DNA from: a virus
DNA: 64,000 nucleotides
Reading direction: 5' to 3' (one strand)
Virus record (IMG/VR): IMGVR_UViG_3300045988_133913
Location: 2,382 to 66,381 of that record
This document shows positions 40,615 to 49,506 of the stretch, piece by piece. A program made the position numbers and the translations under genes. The notes under the pieces are model-generated. The model made no database searches. It was not told the DNA's origin and saw only the letters and a program-made list of their open reading frames with translations. The stretch's first letter is position 1. Every line of letters begins with the position of its first letter.

Positions 40615-41014
40615 TACCTTTCTCCAAATCAATTAACCACTCCAGATATTGCTTTGCTTTCTCCAAGTCACGCACGCCACCTTTTTCTTTGTAGCGGGCG
40701 AGGTATTTAATTATGTTCCCCCGCAGGAAGCCCGCGTATTCGGCGGGCGTTAGCCAGCTTCGCAGTAGGTCAATAGGCTGCGGGTTCATCTTGATATAGT
40801 GGTCGCCGCCAACCTGATGGCGCGGTGATTTTTCCGCGAGGCGCTTCATTTTCTCTTGTTCAATAATAACCTCTACGGCTTTAGTAAAACCTTCCTCGCG
40901 TTCATCCAGATATTCTTCAGTCAAGTCTTCGTGCGATGTCTCGGCAAGGAAATTCCTGTATGTTCTGGCTAGCGCCCTCACCCCTTCGCGGGCGAGCTCA
41001 TCGTAGTCTTTCAT
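40604..41014 (-). CDS. DUF3310-like phage protein
   Basis: The core QVGGDHYIKMNPQPIDLL...FLRGNIIKYLARYKEKGGVRDLEKAKQYLEWL matches a motif common in phage DUF3310 proteins. Recognised from memory. Confidence 0.45.
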   Translation of the reverse strand: MKDYDELAREGVRALARTYRNFLAETSHEDLTEEYLDEREEGFTKAVEVIIEQEKMKRLAEKSPRHQVGGDHYIKMNPQPIDLLRSWLTPAEYAGFLRGNIIKYLARYKEKGGVRDLEKAKQYLEWLIDLEKGNER

Positions 41015-41642
41015 TTCCCCACCATCTGTTACAAGGAAACGTGTACACCTCCTTCATGTGTTGCAATAATGTATCCGGCGATGCCCACATATAGGGCGGC
41101 ACAGGCGGCGCTTCATGGCGATAGCGCTCGCGCAGTTCATCGTACCCCCACAGGCAGGCGTAAGCTGACCTAAGCACGGTAACGTGCAGCTTGCCGGGCG
41201 GTATCGGGTTGCTGATGGCGTTACGCCATGCGCAGGCGAACAGCCCCAGAAAACCAACCTTAGCAACCGCTGCGGGCAGTTCGTCCAGCGCTATACTGGG
41301 GATAACCACCCAGAGGTTCAGCTCCGTGCCGACCTCCGGGTAAATCGCCATGCCGTCCATCAGACACGGCTCTCGCGCTATGCCGGATAGTCCACACAAG
41401 GACTCACACAGAATGTCGCCGTGAGTCTGTGATGGGTAGTCGTCATCCGGCACGTGGTTTATGAACATCTGGGCGGCGGCGACGTCGGCTTCGGTGTTGT
41501 AGTCCTTCATCGCCACCAGCGGCTGTTCCATCGGTATCGAGAACTGCACATACCTCGTTTTCGCGTCCTTTAGCAGATGCAGCCATGTGAACCCCCACCC
41601 CGCAGCCCTGCGGGGCTTACGGGGCGGTTTATGTGCGCCCAT
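40998..41642 (-). CDS. hypothetical protein
   Basis: Start moved to ATG 41642, adjacent to the upstream stop. Confidence 0.45.
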   Translation of the reverse strand: MGAHKPPRKPRRAAGWGFTWLHLLKDAKTRYVQFSIPMEQPLVAMKDYNTEADVAAAQMFINHVPDDDYPSQTHGDILCESLCGLSGIAREPCLMDGMAIYPEVGTELNLWVVIPSIALDELPAAVAKVGFLGLFACAWRNAISNPIPPGKLHVTVLRSAYACLWGYDELRERYRHEAPPVPPYMWASPDTLLQHMKEVYTFPCNRWWGNERLR

Positions 41643-41643
41643 G

Positions 41644-42303
41644 TCAGCCTCCCATCGCGGCGGCGATTTCGGTTTCCAGTTGCGCAAGCGATTTAGGGTT
41701 CACGTCGCCCGCGCCGATAGCCGCTGCGGTCAGACTGATAGCTTCCTCGTCGGCGTGGGTCTGTAATTGGGGCGGTACTTGTGCCTGAACAGTTCCAGCG
41801 GACTGCCCGGCGGCGTAAGACTGTGGGGATTGCGGCTGTGGGGCAGGCGCACCGAGGTCAGCCATAACAGGCGTTTCCGGGGCGGGTGGCGTGATAGGAC
41901 TCGCCGCCGGGGCCGCAGCTTCTTCCGCCGGTTTTTCTTCTTTCGGCTTGCGGGTGCGCTTGGGCTTCTCAGCAGGCGCAGCGGTTTCCAGCGCTTCTAC
42001 GCGAGCCAGCAGGGCGGCGACGTCCGCGCGCAGCGTGTCGGCGTGCTTCTCGGCAGCTTCGGCGCGAGCGATGGCTTGAGCGGCGATGTCGTTAGCAACG
42101 GCTGCGCGGTGGATAGCCGTGTCCAGTGCAGCGAAGGCTTGCGATAGCGCCCCCGGCATCGGGAATTGTGAATCTTTGCCATGGATAACCCAGTCAACAA
42201 TCTTGGTGAAGTTGTTGTACATCAGGTCAAGGGTGTCGCTGTTTACTTTCGAGGAAAGTTGGGTGGTAGGTACAGAGTTTGTCATGGTATCTCCAGTTGT
42301 CAT
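41644..42303 (-). CDS. hypothetical coiled-coil / Pro-Ala-rich protein
   Basis: 219 aa. The central stretch is KPKRTRKPKEEKPAEEAAAPAASPITPPAPETP. Confidence 0.45.
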   Translation of the reverse strand: MTTGDTMTNSVPTTQLSSKVNSDTLDLMYNNFTKIVDWVIHGKDSQFPMPGALSQAFAALDTAIHRAAVANDIAAQAIARAEAAEKHADTLRADVAALLARVEALETAAPAEKPKRTRKPKEEKPAEEAAAPAASPITPPAPETPVMADLGAPAPQPQSPQSYAAGQSAGTVQAQVPPQLQTHADEEAISLTAAAIGAGDVNPKSLAQLETEIAAAMGG

Positions 42304-42324
42304 GAGGGTTTTCGGGGGTTAAAT

Positions 42325-42882
42325 CTATACGGTTTCTTCCGGTTCGTCAAGTGCGGATTCGTTGGTATCCGGCTTGGCGTCTGATGTTTCAAGGGAAAGC
42401 CATGTGTCGTGTCGCTTCTCGGCGAGGTAATCCAGAATGACTTTCACCTCTTGCTGTGAGCCAGCGTACTGCTCCAGCAGGTCGGGGTCGTAGATGCCGT
42501 CGCGCAGAATGTCACTCACACCATGCACAAGGCAGTAGTCCACGGCGTACTGGGTAGACCATGAGGTCAGCCCCTGCACTTTGGACTGCGAGAGGATGCC
42601 GTTGTTGTACATGATGTAGGCGGCGACGTCGCGCACCAGAATGAAGTGCAGGGCAAGCGCGATGCGCTTCGGGTCGTCGCGGATAACGCGCGCCTTCTGG
42701 TTCAGGGCGATGCGACGGCGTGCTTGGGCAAGCTCGCCTGCATTGTGTGGCAGCTCCAGCGCGCGGTCGTAGTCGATAAGCCGCTGTTCCGTAGCCGCAA
42801 GACGTTGCTCCAGATGTTCGATGCGGCGCATGGCTGTGTTGATGTGGTGCAGTAGCGAAGCGTTGATTTCTTTCTGTTCCAT
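42325..42882 (-). CDS. hypothetical protein
   Basis: 185 aa. Confidence 0.45.
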   Translation of the reverse strand: MEQKEINASLLHHINTAMRRIEHLEQRLAATEQRLIDYDRALELPHNAGELAQARRRIALNQKARVIRDDPKRIALALHFILVRDVAAYIMYNNGILSQSKVQGLTSWSTQYAVDYCLVHGVSDILRDGIYDPDLLEQYAGSQQEVKVILDYLAEKRHDTWLSLETSDAKPDTNESALDEPEETV

Positions 42883-43176
42883 TTAGTTCTCCCATGATAT
42901 TTGGATGTAGTGTTTAGCGTAGTCAAGGCGGAAGCCGATGCGGCGCAGATGGTTGTAAAATCCGCTGTGCAGCCTTCTCGGAAGCGTTACAACCACCGCC
43001 TTGTCTAAGTGTCGGGTCGTGACCAGCGCGGGCTTGTAGCAGCCGTCAACCTGCTTCCAGAGGTCGAAACCCAAGTCCTTACGGCAGTAGAGGCGCAGAC
43101 GCTTTAGCTGATGGTTGCGCGCCAGCACCTGCGCCAGCATAACCGCACGCAAAGCTTTGGTTTGCTGTCTCGTCAT
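42883..43176 (-). CDS. hypothetical basic protein
   Basis: Start moved to ATG 43176 (MTRQQTK). The longer ORF would overlap the upstream gene by 50 nt. Confidence 0.4.
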   Translation of the reverse strand: MTRQQTKALRAVMLAQVLARNHQLKRLRLYCRKDLGFDLWKQVDGCYKPALVTTRHLDKAVVVTLPRRLHSGFYNHLRRIGFRLDYAKHYIQISWEN

Positions 43177-43234
43177 AATCCTAGCAGGTCGAGGATGTGT
43201 AGCCAGACGCCTGCGATGAGAAACAGCAGTACCG

Positions 43235-43699
43235 TCATGCGCCCTCCCCGGTGCTGTCGCCGTCTCCTGCGTCGCCGCCTCCACCTCCGGTGTCGCCGTC
43301 GATTACATCGAGGAAGTCTTTAAGTCGTTCTGCAAACGCTCGCAGCCAATACTCACCCCATTCTTTCGGGATGTTCTCCAGAAACGCTTTGGTTTCCTTC
43401 GCGATGAACGCGCTAATATCGTCGGTGCGCTTAAAAACGCCTGCGATGGCTATCGGCACATAAGTCGGGCTGTCCAGCTTCTTAGCTTTCTCCATGAAAA
43501 TAGCTAAGGCGTGCAGCTCCAGCCCGTCGCCGCAGCTCTCGATGAACTTCTCGGTGTCGAAATTCGCGGGCAGATTTTCTTGGGCGTGGATTGCGTCGCG
43601 TGCGGAAGCCTCCGCCTTCGGGCGGTACAGCTCCACCAACGCCTGAACGAGCGTAAGCGCACCCATAAGTTCAAAGCCATTGTTTGCAGGTTTGCTCAT
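43235..43699 (-). CDS. hypothetical protein with Gly/Asp-rich C-terminus
   Basis: Start moved to ATG 43699 with an ATGA overlap to the upstream gene. Ends ...DGDTGGGGGDAGDGDSTGEGA. Confidence 0.45.
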   Translation of the reverse strand: MSKPANNGFELMGALTLVQALVELYRPKAEASARDAIHAQENLPANFDTEKFIESCGDGLELHALAIFMEKAKKLDSPTYVPIAIAGVFKRTDDISAFIAKETKAFLENIPKEWGEYWLRAFAERLKDFLDVIDGDTGGGGGDAGDGDSTGEGA

Positions 43700-44538
43700 T
43701 TTGTGTCTCCTATTTTGGATTCTAAAAGGGATTGATATTTGTGTAGGACATCCTGCACGTAGGGCTTGAGTTGCTGGATAATGCCGCTCTCGCCTGCGTA
43801 AGCCGCGCTGTGGCGCTTCTTCCGCAAAAGGTCTACAAGTGATTGCGCCTCTTTCTTGGAAAGGCAAACACCAGCGGCGAGGTCAGGGTAGTACACCACG
43901 CCCTGCACGTCTTGCGCTACCGTGTACAGAATATACTTGGCGGCGACGGGCATCTTGGCAGCCGTCAATGCGTGTTCCGTAGCTGTAGAGTTTAAGCCAA
44001 AGAACCGTTCTACGTCGTTTCGCTTGAAGAAGGCACGAATACTCGCCTCCAGCTTGTCGGCAGTGGTGGCGTTTCCATCCAGCCTTGCCACCTTATTGCA
44101 CTCGTACTGGATGCGGTCGCGTACCACGTCATAGTCGCTCTGCGCGTTGGTCGTAGTAACGTACCAGATTTCCCTGTCGATACCGCTAAACTCCGCACTC
44201 GCTTCGTACCGGGGAATATTCACCTCTCGCATAGCAGCTCTCGCCTGCCGCTGGTGTTTGTCGGAAAGGGTCTTGCCGCTGGTATAAACACGTGTAGCGC
44301 GGTGCAGCAGGTCGCCCTGCACGTGATACAGCCAGCCTGTCTCATCCAGCAGGTAGCGCCTACGCCGGGGGAAGTGGCTCTCGTCCAGCCGGTAAACCTC
44401 CATCGCCTCCCAGATAGAAGTGAAGTAGGCAACTTCGGGCGCGCGCTTGCCGGTGAAGAAAACCACAACAAAGGGCTTACGTGTGGGGAAGTTCAGCTTG
44501 GCGCTGCGCCCGTTATGGTTAAAGGTAAAGGCTGTCAT
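43696..44538 (-). CDS. hypothetical protein
   Basis: 280 aa. Confidence 0.5.
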   Translation of the reverse strand: MTAFTFNHNGRSAKLNFPTRKPFVVVFFTGKRAPEVAYFTSIWEAMEVYRLDESHFPRRRRYLLDETGWLYHVQGDLLHRATRVYTSGKTLSDKHQRQARAAMREVNIPRYEASAEFSGIDREIWYVTTTNAQSDYDVVRDRIQYECNKVARLDGNATTADKLEASIRAFFKRNDVERFFGLNSTATEHALTAAKMPVAAKYILYTVAQDVQGVVYYPDLAAGVCLSKKEAQSLVDLLRKKRHSAAYAGESGIIQQLKPYVQDVLHKYQSLLESKIGDTK

Positions 44539-44541
44539 GAT

Positions 44542-44862
44542 TTAGTCCTCCAGAACATAAACGCGCAAGTGCGCGAGGTCGCCGTAAGTCACCTTATGTT
44601 TTTCCTTGCACGAAGCATCCAAACTCGCTAGAGTTCGGGCGTCCTCCGCCGGATAAATCCGCACGCGGTTAGCTATAGCTTGTGGGTGTATGCGGATAAC
44701 GTCCGCGCCCCTATATGACTCATGGTAAAGATTGACAAGCTCTTGGAAGAAGCCAAAGGGGAAGTCATAGCCCCAGACTTTGAAAACCTCCTGAAGCCGC
44801 ATAGCGGCAACAGTCAGGCTCTTGTTGGTGTTTATTTCCTCGGGGAAAGGGTAGATAATCAT
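44542..44862 (-). CDS. hypothetical protein
   Basis: 106 aa. Confidence 0.45.
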   Translation of the reverse strand: MIIYPFPEEINTNKSLTVAAMRLQEVFKVWGYDFPFGFFQELVNLYHESYRGADVIRIHPQAIANRVRIYPAEDARTLASLDASCKEKHKVTYGDLAHLRVYVLED

Positions 44863-45077
44863 TTGCCAAGCTCCGGGTTAAAGGTTGTTACGGCGAGTTC
44901 CATAGCGCCGAAAAAGTCCATCAGGATTTCCGCTAAATCGTTGTGGGTGTACATCTCGTGGACCTTCCATAGGCGTCGTCCACCCCCTCTTTGAGGTGTA
45001 AGTAGTGGTAAAGCATTACCCACTCGCAGGCGAGGCGTTTCAGGCGGTTTCTGGTTTCGATGTTCATAAAGTTTCAC
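44859..45077 (-). CDS. hypothetical small protein
   Basis: 72 aa with an ATGA overlap. Confidence 0.4.
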   Translation of the reverse strand: MKLYEHRNQKPPETPRLRVGNALPLLTPQRGGGRRLWKVHEMYTHNDLAEILMDFFGAMELAVTTFNPELGK

Positions 45078-45094
45078 TCCGGTTATTTGTGAGT

Positions 45095-45106
45095 GGGGGG
45101 GGGGGG
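45095..45106. repeat. G12 homopolymer (C12 on the coding strand) in the 5' leader of 44859-45077
   Basis: gagtGGGGGGGGGGGGtgcagg is visible directly. Confidence 0.7.
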
Positions 45107-45112
45107 TGCAGG

Positions 45113-45829
45113 TTAAACCCGCAGCCCCATGATGACGACGCGAATATTCTTCGCCCAGTTATCCTCCCCGACAAGGTGGGCGTGCAGTTGAGTGCCGGTG
45201 CATTTAATCTTCGCGCCGGTAAAGTTCTTCTTCGATGATGGCAGGATGGTGTCCAGCGTAGCGAGGTAGGCGGTATTTAATCCTGTGACCGGCACGAATG
45301 TAGATGCGCAGTCGCCCTCGCCGTCGCGCTGAGGCTCGGTGGCGAACATGATACTATCGAAATCCCCCGGTACCACGCGGGGCATATCCGGGAAAACCCC
45401 GCCTATGGTGTACAGGTTCATTGTCGATAGCAGGGTGTTGCGGGCGTCGTAGCACTCCAGCCGCCATACCGGGTCGCCGCCGGTGGAAATTTTCCCGTCG
45501 CTAGATACTGAGGCTTTCTCGTCGGTAGGGAATGCGCGGGTGGTGTATGTGCCTGCGGGAAGTTTGGGCGGGTAGAAAGTAACGCCGTCGGCAGGAAACC
45601 ACGACGGCACGGGTTTGTCCGCAAAGGCATGGGGCAGGTCGATGGTGATGCCGATATGCCCGTTGGTCGCCCATACCTGCCCACAAGGGGCGAAGTGGAT
45701 GCCTTGAAGGTATTGGCACACATCTTTGACTGCGAGAAAGGCTTTCGGCGCTTTCCACAGGGCGACGGGGATTTCGATGCCGTCTGGCAGCCAGTTGAAA
45801 TCGGCACGGGGGGATGTGTTTTTGCTCAT
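45113..45829 (-). CDS. hypothetical protein
   Basis: 238 aa with an SD upstream. Confidence 0.5.
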   Translation of the reverse strand: MSKNTSPRADFNWLPDGIEIPVALWKAPKAFLAVKDVCQYLQGIHFAPCGQVWATNGHIGITIDLPHAFADKPVPSWFPADGVTFYPPKLPAGTYTTRAFPTDEKASVSSDGKISTGGDPVWRLECYDARNTLLSTMNLYTIGGVFPDMPRVVPGDFDSIMFATEPQRDGEGDCASTFVPVTGLNTAYLATLDTILPSSKKNFTGAKIKCTGTQLHAHLVGEDNWAKNIRVVIMGLRV

Positions 45830-45845
45830 GGTTAGACTCCAGATT

Positions 45846-45895
45846 GTTTGTAGGGGTTAGGTTGTGTGGGGCGGTGCAATCCGCACCGCCGGGGG
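45846..45895 (-). promoter_or_regulatory. conserved early-arm upstream element (CCCTAACCCC-type motif plus 8-bp-stem hairpin), copy 1
   Basis: - strand sense: CCCCCGGCGGTGCggattGCACCGCCccACACAACCTAACCCCTACAAACAA ... GGAG ... ATG. Confidence 0.35.
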
Positions 45896-45904
45896 TGGGG
45901 TGGG

Positions 45905-46246
45905 TCAGATATAGTACACTACGGGCTTGCCCTCATACTCGCCTGACCATAGTAGATAGCCTTCGTCGCTGGCTTGTTCGGTAAGCGCGTCAATGATGGT
46001 TTCATCATCGTTGTCTGCGTCGTCGGGGTCATAATATTCGTCTCTGACGTCGTCGGCGGTTAGCTCCTTAATGTCGCAACATAGCCCGATGACGTCCAGC
46101 TCGTATGGCTCGTCGTCGCCGTATGTTTCTTCAAACATTTCTATGAGCCTCTCGTAAACCCCGTAAGGGTAGTAATCGCGGTCATACTCTTTGAACTGTT
46201 GTTGCAGTTGGCGTGCAGATGTGATGGGTATAATTATGGATGCCAT
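45905..46246 (-). CDS. hypothetical acidic protein
   Basis: 113 aa, rich in Asp/Glu/Tyr. Confidence 0.45.
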   Translation of the reverse strand: MASIIIPITSARQLQQQFKEYDRDYYPYGVYERLIEMFEETYGDDEPYELDVIGLCCDIKELTADDVRDEYYDPDDADNDDETIIDALTEQASDEGYLLWSGEYEGKPVVYYI

Positions 46247-46261
46247 GATTTTTTCTCCGGT

Positions 46262-46285
46262 TTGTGTTAGGGGTTAGGGTTGTTT
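46262..46285 (-). promoter_or_regulatory. conserved upstream element, copy 2
   Basis: - strand sense: AACAACCCTAACCCCTAACACAAACCGGAG then ATG. Confidence 0.35.
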
Positions 46286-46699
46286 ACAGGTGACGGGCAG
46301 GAATGCGTGGCTATACAGCCGCGTTGAGTTATTCAGCGCAGTGGTGTAGCGGCGCATCCGCCGCAGCATGATTGCCCGCAGTCTGTCGTAGCGGTCATTG
46401 TCGCGGGCACTTAGGTAGTAGCTGGTCAGAAAGCCCGGCGGGCTCATGTGGTAGCCGTTAAGGGTTTTGTCCGCCGCCGTCTGCGCGCGGATGAAGATGT
46501 CGTCGTAGTGGTCGTAGCGGTACTTCAGCAACGCCTCGCACAGGTCAGGGCTGGCTTGCTTGTTGTAAAAGACGCCCACATGGTAGCACCTACCGCTGAA
46601 ATCGGTTGTACGGGTAGCGTAGGGAAAGCGCTTGCGCACATGGCGGTTAAGGCTGGCGCGGATGGTGATGGGGGTTTTATAGTCGGTGTGGTCGCGCAT
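46274..46699 (-). CDS. hypothetical protein
   Basis: 141 aa. Confidence 0.45.
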   Translation of the reverse strand: MRDHTDYKTPITIRASLNRHVRKRFPYATRTTDFSGRCYHVGVFYNKQASPDLCEALLKYRYDHYDDIFIRAQTAADKTLNGYHMSPPGFLTSYYLSARDNDRYDRLRAIMLRRMRRYTTALNNSTRLYSHAFLPVTCKQP

Positions 46700-46878
46700 G
46701 GCTTACTCCGGTTTGTTGGGTTGCTGTTTGGGCTGTCTCTTGAGCCGCGTGTTGCGCGTCGGATGCCGATTGGTTGAGTGTGGTCGGCGTGTCTGCGGGC
46801 GTGGGTGTGTCGGCTGGTAAAAGGTCGGGATGGGGGTGTGTAACAGCATGGGGTTTCTCCGGTTGTGGGGGGTGTGGG

Positions 46879-47382
46879 TTAGCCTTGCGCGGCAATAGCG
46901 CTGGCTACTTTGGCGGCGTAACGGGCAAGGCTCTCGCCTACCCCGCCGAACATATCGCCGCTGTCCTCGTGCAGTTGACAAACTAGCCTGCGGTTGCTAT
47001 GGCCGGGTCTAGCAAGGCAGTAATTCAGGCAGCGCTGGTAGTATTCCTCGCCTTCAGGAGAGCGCGCGGCTACCATTTCCGCCGCGTGTTGTGCGTCGTA
47101 GTACGCCGCCGCGCGCTCCAGTAATTCCTCAAACAGTATCCGCGCGCGGTTACGCTTGCGTATTGCCCGTTCGTATTCCTTGCGATATTTCGTACGGTCA
47201 AGGAAGGCCACGCCGTAATTGTAGTGGTTTGCAATCTCTCGCAGCAGGTCAGCACGGCGCGCTTCTTGCGGGCGCGCGTCCGTACTCCATTTCCGGTGTA
47301 GTTGGTATGCCTGTTCGGCGTAGGCAAGGGCGTCGGCAAAGGTTGTTTTTATGCCGTAGACGCTAGTGGTGAGGATGTGCAT
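46879..47382 (-). CDS. hypothetical protein
   Basis: Start moved to ATG 47382 with an AGGAG SD 8 nt upstream. Confidence 0.45.
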   Translation of the reverse strand: MHILTTSVYGIKTTFADALAYAEQAYQLHRKWSTDARPQEARRADLLREIANHYNYGVAFLDRTKYRKEYERAIRKRNRARILFEELLERAAAYYDAQHAAEMVAARSPEGEEYYQRCLNYCLARPGHSNRRLVCQLHEDSGDMFGGVGESLARYAAKVASAIAAQG

Positions 47383-47411
47383 TTTTATACTCCTATTTTT
47401 GTATGGGTGGG

Positions 47412-47912
47412 TTATTCCTGTCCGGTTTGGGCAAGGATTTCCTCGCACTTGGCGAGGGCTTGGGCAAACACTTCGCCACGTGTCATGCCCTTCAAAATGG
47501 GGTCATGGGCGGCAGGTGCGTAGGCGTTGAAGGCGACGGCGTCATCGCGCAGGGCGTCGCGCAGGTATTCCACGTCTTCTAGCTGGTCGGTGCGGTAGTC
47601 ATCTTCCAGCAGCCGTATGGCAAGTTCTGGCAAAATCCCTTCCTGTCCATAGTACGGGCTGAAGTACCACTTGCACAGCCCATGCTCGTCGTCTAAGACA
47701 AGCGTGTCGTATCCATTGGTAAGAAAGACGCTCCCGCTTTGTTGATTAAAGTCAATATAGACGCCTACGTCGTCAAACGATTCAGGTAGGGCGTTGCTGA
47801 TGCCCTCCCCCGCGTCTGCGTAAGCGCGTAGCAGATTGGCTGCTAGGTCAAGCTCATATGCGCCGAACCTGTCCAAGGTTGTCATGGGGTATAGGGTGTT
47901 TTGTTTTTTCAT
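47412..47912 (-). CDS. hypothetical acidic protein
   Basis: 166 aa. Confidence 0.45.
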   Translation of the reverse strand: MKKQNTLYPMTTLDRFGAYELDLAANLLRAYADAGEGISNALPESFDDVGVYIDFNQQSGSVFLTNGYDTLVLDDEHGLCKWYFSPYYGQEGILPELAIRLLEDDYRTDQLEDVEYLRDALRDDAVAFNAYAPAAHDPILKGMTRGEVFAQALAKCEEILAQTGQE

Positions 47913-47924
47913 GTTTTATCCTTG

Positions 47925-47965
47925 TGTTGTGGATTAGGGTTGTGGCGGTGCGTAGCACCGCCGGG
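47925..47965 (-). promoter_or_regulatory. conserved upstream element with hairpin, copy 3
   Basis: - strand sense: CCCCCGGCGGTGCtacGCACCGCCACAACCCTAATCCACAACACAAGGA ... ATG. Confidence 0.35.
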
Positions 47966-47987
47966 GGTTTATTGTGTGGGTGGGTTA

Positions 47988-48749
47988 TCATTCATATTCG
48001 AGTATTTCACCAACGTTTTCTTCCAGCCACTCTCTGGCTAATTCAGCCAGTTTTTTGCGGTCGGTTTCTGAATACGGCAGGAGTTTTTCGTCTTTGACAA
48101 TATCTGCGCAGATTTTATTGATGACTTCTTCTTTAACGTCTTTATCCCAGTAAATATAGCAGTCGTCCATGTATTCATCTACATATACTCCCCATTCATC
48201 TACGCCACCAATGGTAATCGTGAACTTACCAGAAATGGGAGAATCATAGAAAATGTTCGTTATATAGGCGCGGTCTATATATTCGTGTGCCTGTTTAGCG
48301 ACGTCATTATAAAAATAAACGTCGATACAATAGCCTTGTGAATAACCGAATGCCCTAAATCCGTCTAACTCGTTTAATGCGTCTGCATTTTCTAACATTT
48401 TGACATAATCTTTCGCTGTTACGTCTGAAAGGTCGGCTAGCATATCTGAAAGCTCATCCCCCGCAACAAAGCCAGCTTCGTAGGGGTCATAACGCATCCA
48501 TTCTTCGGTAAGGGCGCGCGGGTTTTCCTCAAATTCAGCAATCTGTTCGGCGCTGTAATGTTTTTTTGTTTTCGCACCTTCACTAGCGAAAACGATTATA
48601 GCTGATAAGTCGTGCCGGGTATTATAAACCCCTACCATAGGGGTATCGTTCATAAAGTCGTCGAAGTAATCGCTAGCCAAGTTGATGTCATAGCGAAAAC
48701 TATGGCTGAATTCTGCGTCAATAATGGTTTTGAAGGGTAAGTTTTTCAT
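47988..48749 (-). CDS. hypothetical protein encoded in a low-GC island
   Basis: 253 aa. GC is ~42% against ~60% in the flanks. Asp/Glu/Tyr-rich. Confidence 0.5.
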   Translation of the reverse strand: MKNLPFKTIIDAEFSHSFRYDINLASDYFDDFMNDTPMVGVYNTRHDLSAIIVFASEGAKTKKHYSAEQIAEFEENPRALTEEWMRYDPYEAGFVAGDELSDMLADLSDVTAKDYVKMLENADALNELDGFRAFGYSQGYCIDVYFYNDVAKQAHEYIDRAYITNIFYDSPISGKFTITIGGVDEWGVYVDEYMDDCYIYWDKDVKEEVINKICADIVKDEKLLPYSETDRKKLAELAREWLEENVGEILEYE

Positions 48750-48802
48750 GGTTTTTATCCTTGTTTGTGGGTAGCGTGTTAGTCTTGTATCGGTTGCCCG
48801 TG

Positions 48803-49330
48803 CTACGCCATCATGTCGCAGCGGTCGGCAAGTCTGCCGCTTGTGGCGGCATCCACCATCGCGCTCACCGCGTGGCGCACCGCGTAGTCAGCGTCGTCGC
48901 GGATGTCGCAATAGTCGCGGCGACGGTGTGGGTACTTGGCGAGCTTGTCGCGCAAGGCGCACGTCGCGGCAACCGCGCAATCGCGTAGGACGCGGCGCGC
49001 GCCGGGGTAGCTACCGGCACTATACGCGCACGCCAGCGCAAGCGTCTCAAGCGGCAGACGGCACAGCTCCAGCCATGCCGCGTCATAGGCGCGGGTTGCC
49101 AACAAGGAAGCGTCTGGCGCGTCTGCGGCGGTAAGGTCTGCGACGCGCCACAGGTTCGCCTGTGCGTCGAGGTCGTCGGCGAGGTCGCCAATTTCGCTGG
49201 CGAGGTTGTCGGCGACGTCAGCCGCCAGCAGGTTATGCGGGCGCGGCAGACGGTCGAGGTGCGCCGGGTTAAGGCTCTTTTGCAGAGCATCAAGGTCTGC
49301 GATGGTTTTGGGTTGGGTTTGATTGCTCAT
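48803..49330 (-). CDS. hypothetical protein
   Basis: 175 aa, Ala/Asp/Leu-rich. It is the most upstream gene of the compact early cluster. Confidence 0.45.
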   Translation of the reverse strand: MSNQTQPKTIADLDALQKSLNPAHLDRLPRPHNLLAADVADNLASEIGDLADDLDAQANLWRVADLTAADAPDASLLATRAYDAAWLELCRLPLETLALACAYSAGSYPGARRVLRDCAVAATCALRDKLAKYPHRRRDYCDIRDDADYAVRHAVSAMVDAATSGRLADRCDMMA

Positions 49331-49345
49331 TTTTGACTCCTTTTA

Positions 49346-49366
49346 TACTTTTGTTAGGGGTTGATG
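49346..49366 (-). promoter_or_regulatory. conserved upstream element, copy 4
   Basis: - strand sense: CATCAACCCCTAACAAAAGTATAAAAGGAGTCAAAA then ATG. Confidence 0.35.
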
Positions 49367-49372
49367 CGTTTG

Positions 49373-49412
49373 TATCGGATAGCACCCGGAATAGTATGGA
49401 TGCTATCCGATA
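49373..49412. repeat. 12-bp-arm inverted repeat (TATCGGATAGCA / TGCTATCCGATA)
   Basis: A perfect inverted repeat with a 16-nt spacer, just upstream of the copy-4 element. Confidence 0.5.
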
Positions 49413-49471
49413 CAAGCTAGCCGTGGTTTGTGGTTTAGGGTGGCTAGCTTGCATCGCGTTGTGTCGTCTGA

Positions 49472-49506
49472 TACTTATATAAGTACAGGCTGGCGACGTT
49501 GTCGCC
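49472..49506. promoter_or_regulatory. AT palindrome (TACTTATATAAGTA) followed by a GGCGAC-GTT-GTCGCC hairpin with a 3-nt loop
   Basis: Seen directly. Confidence 0.3.
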
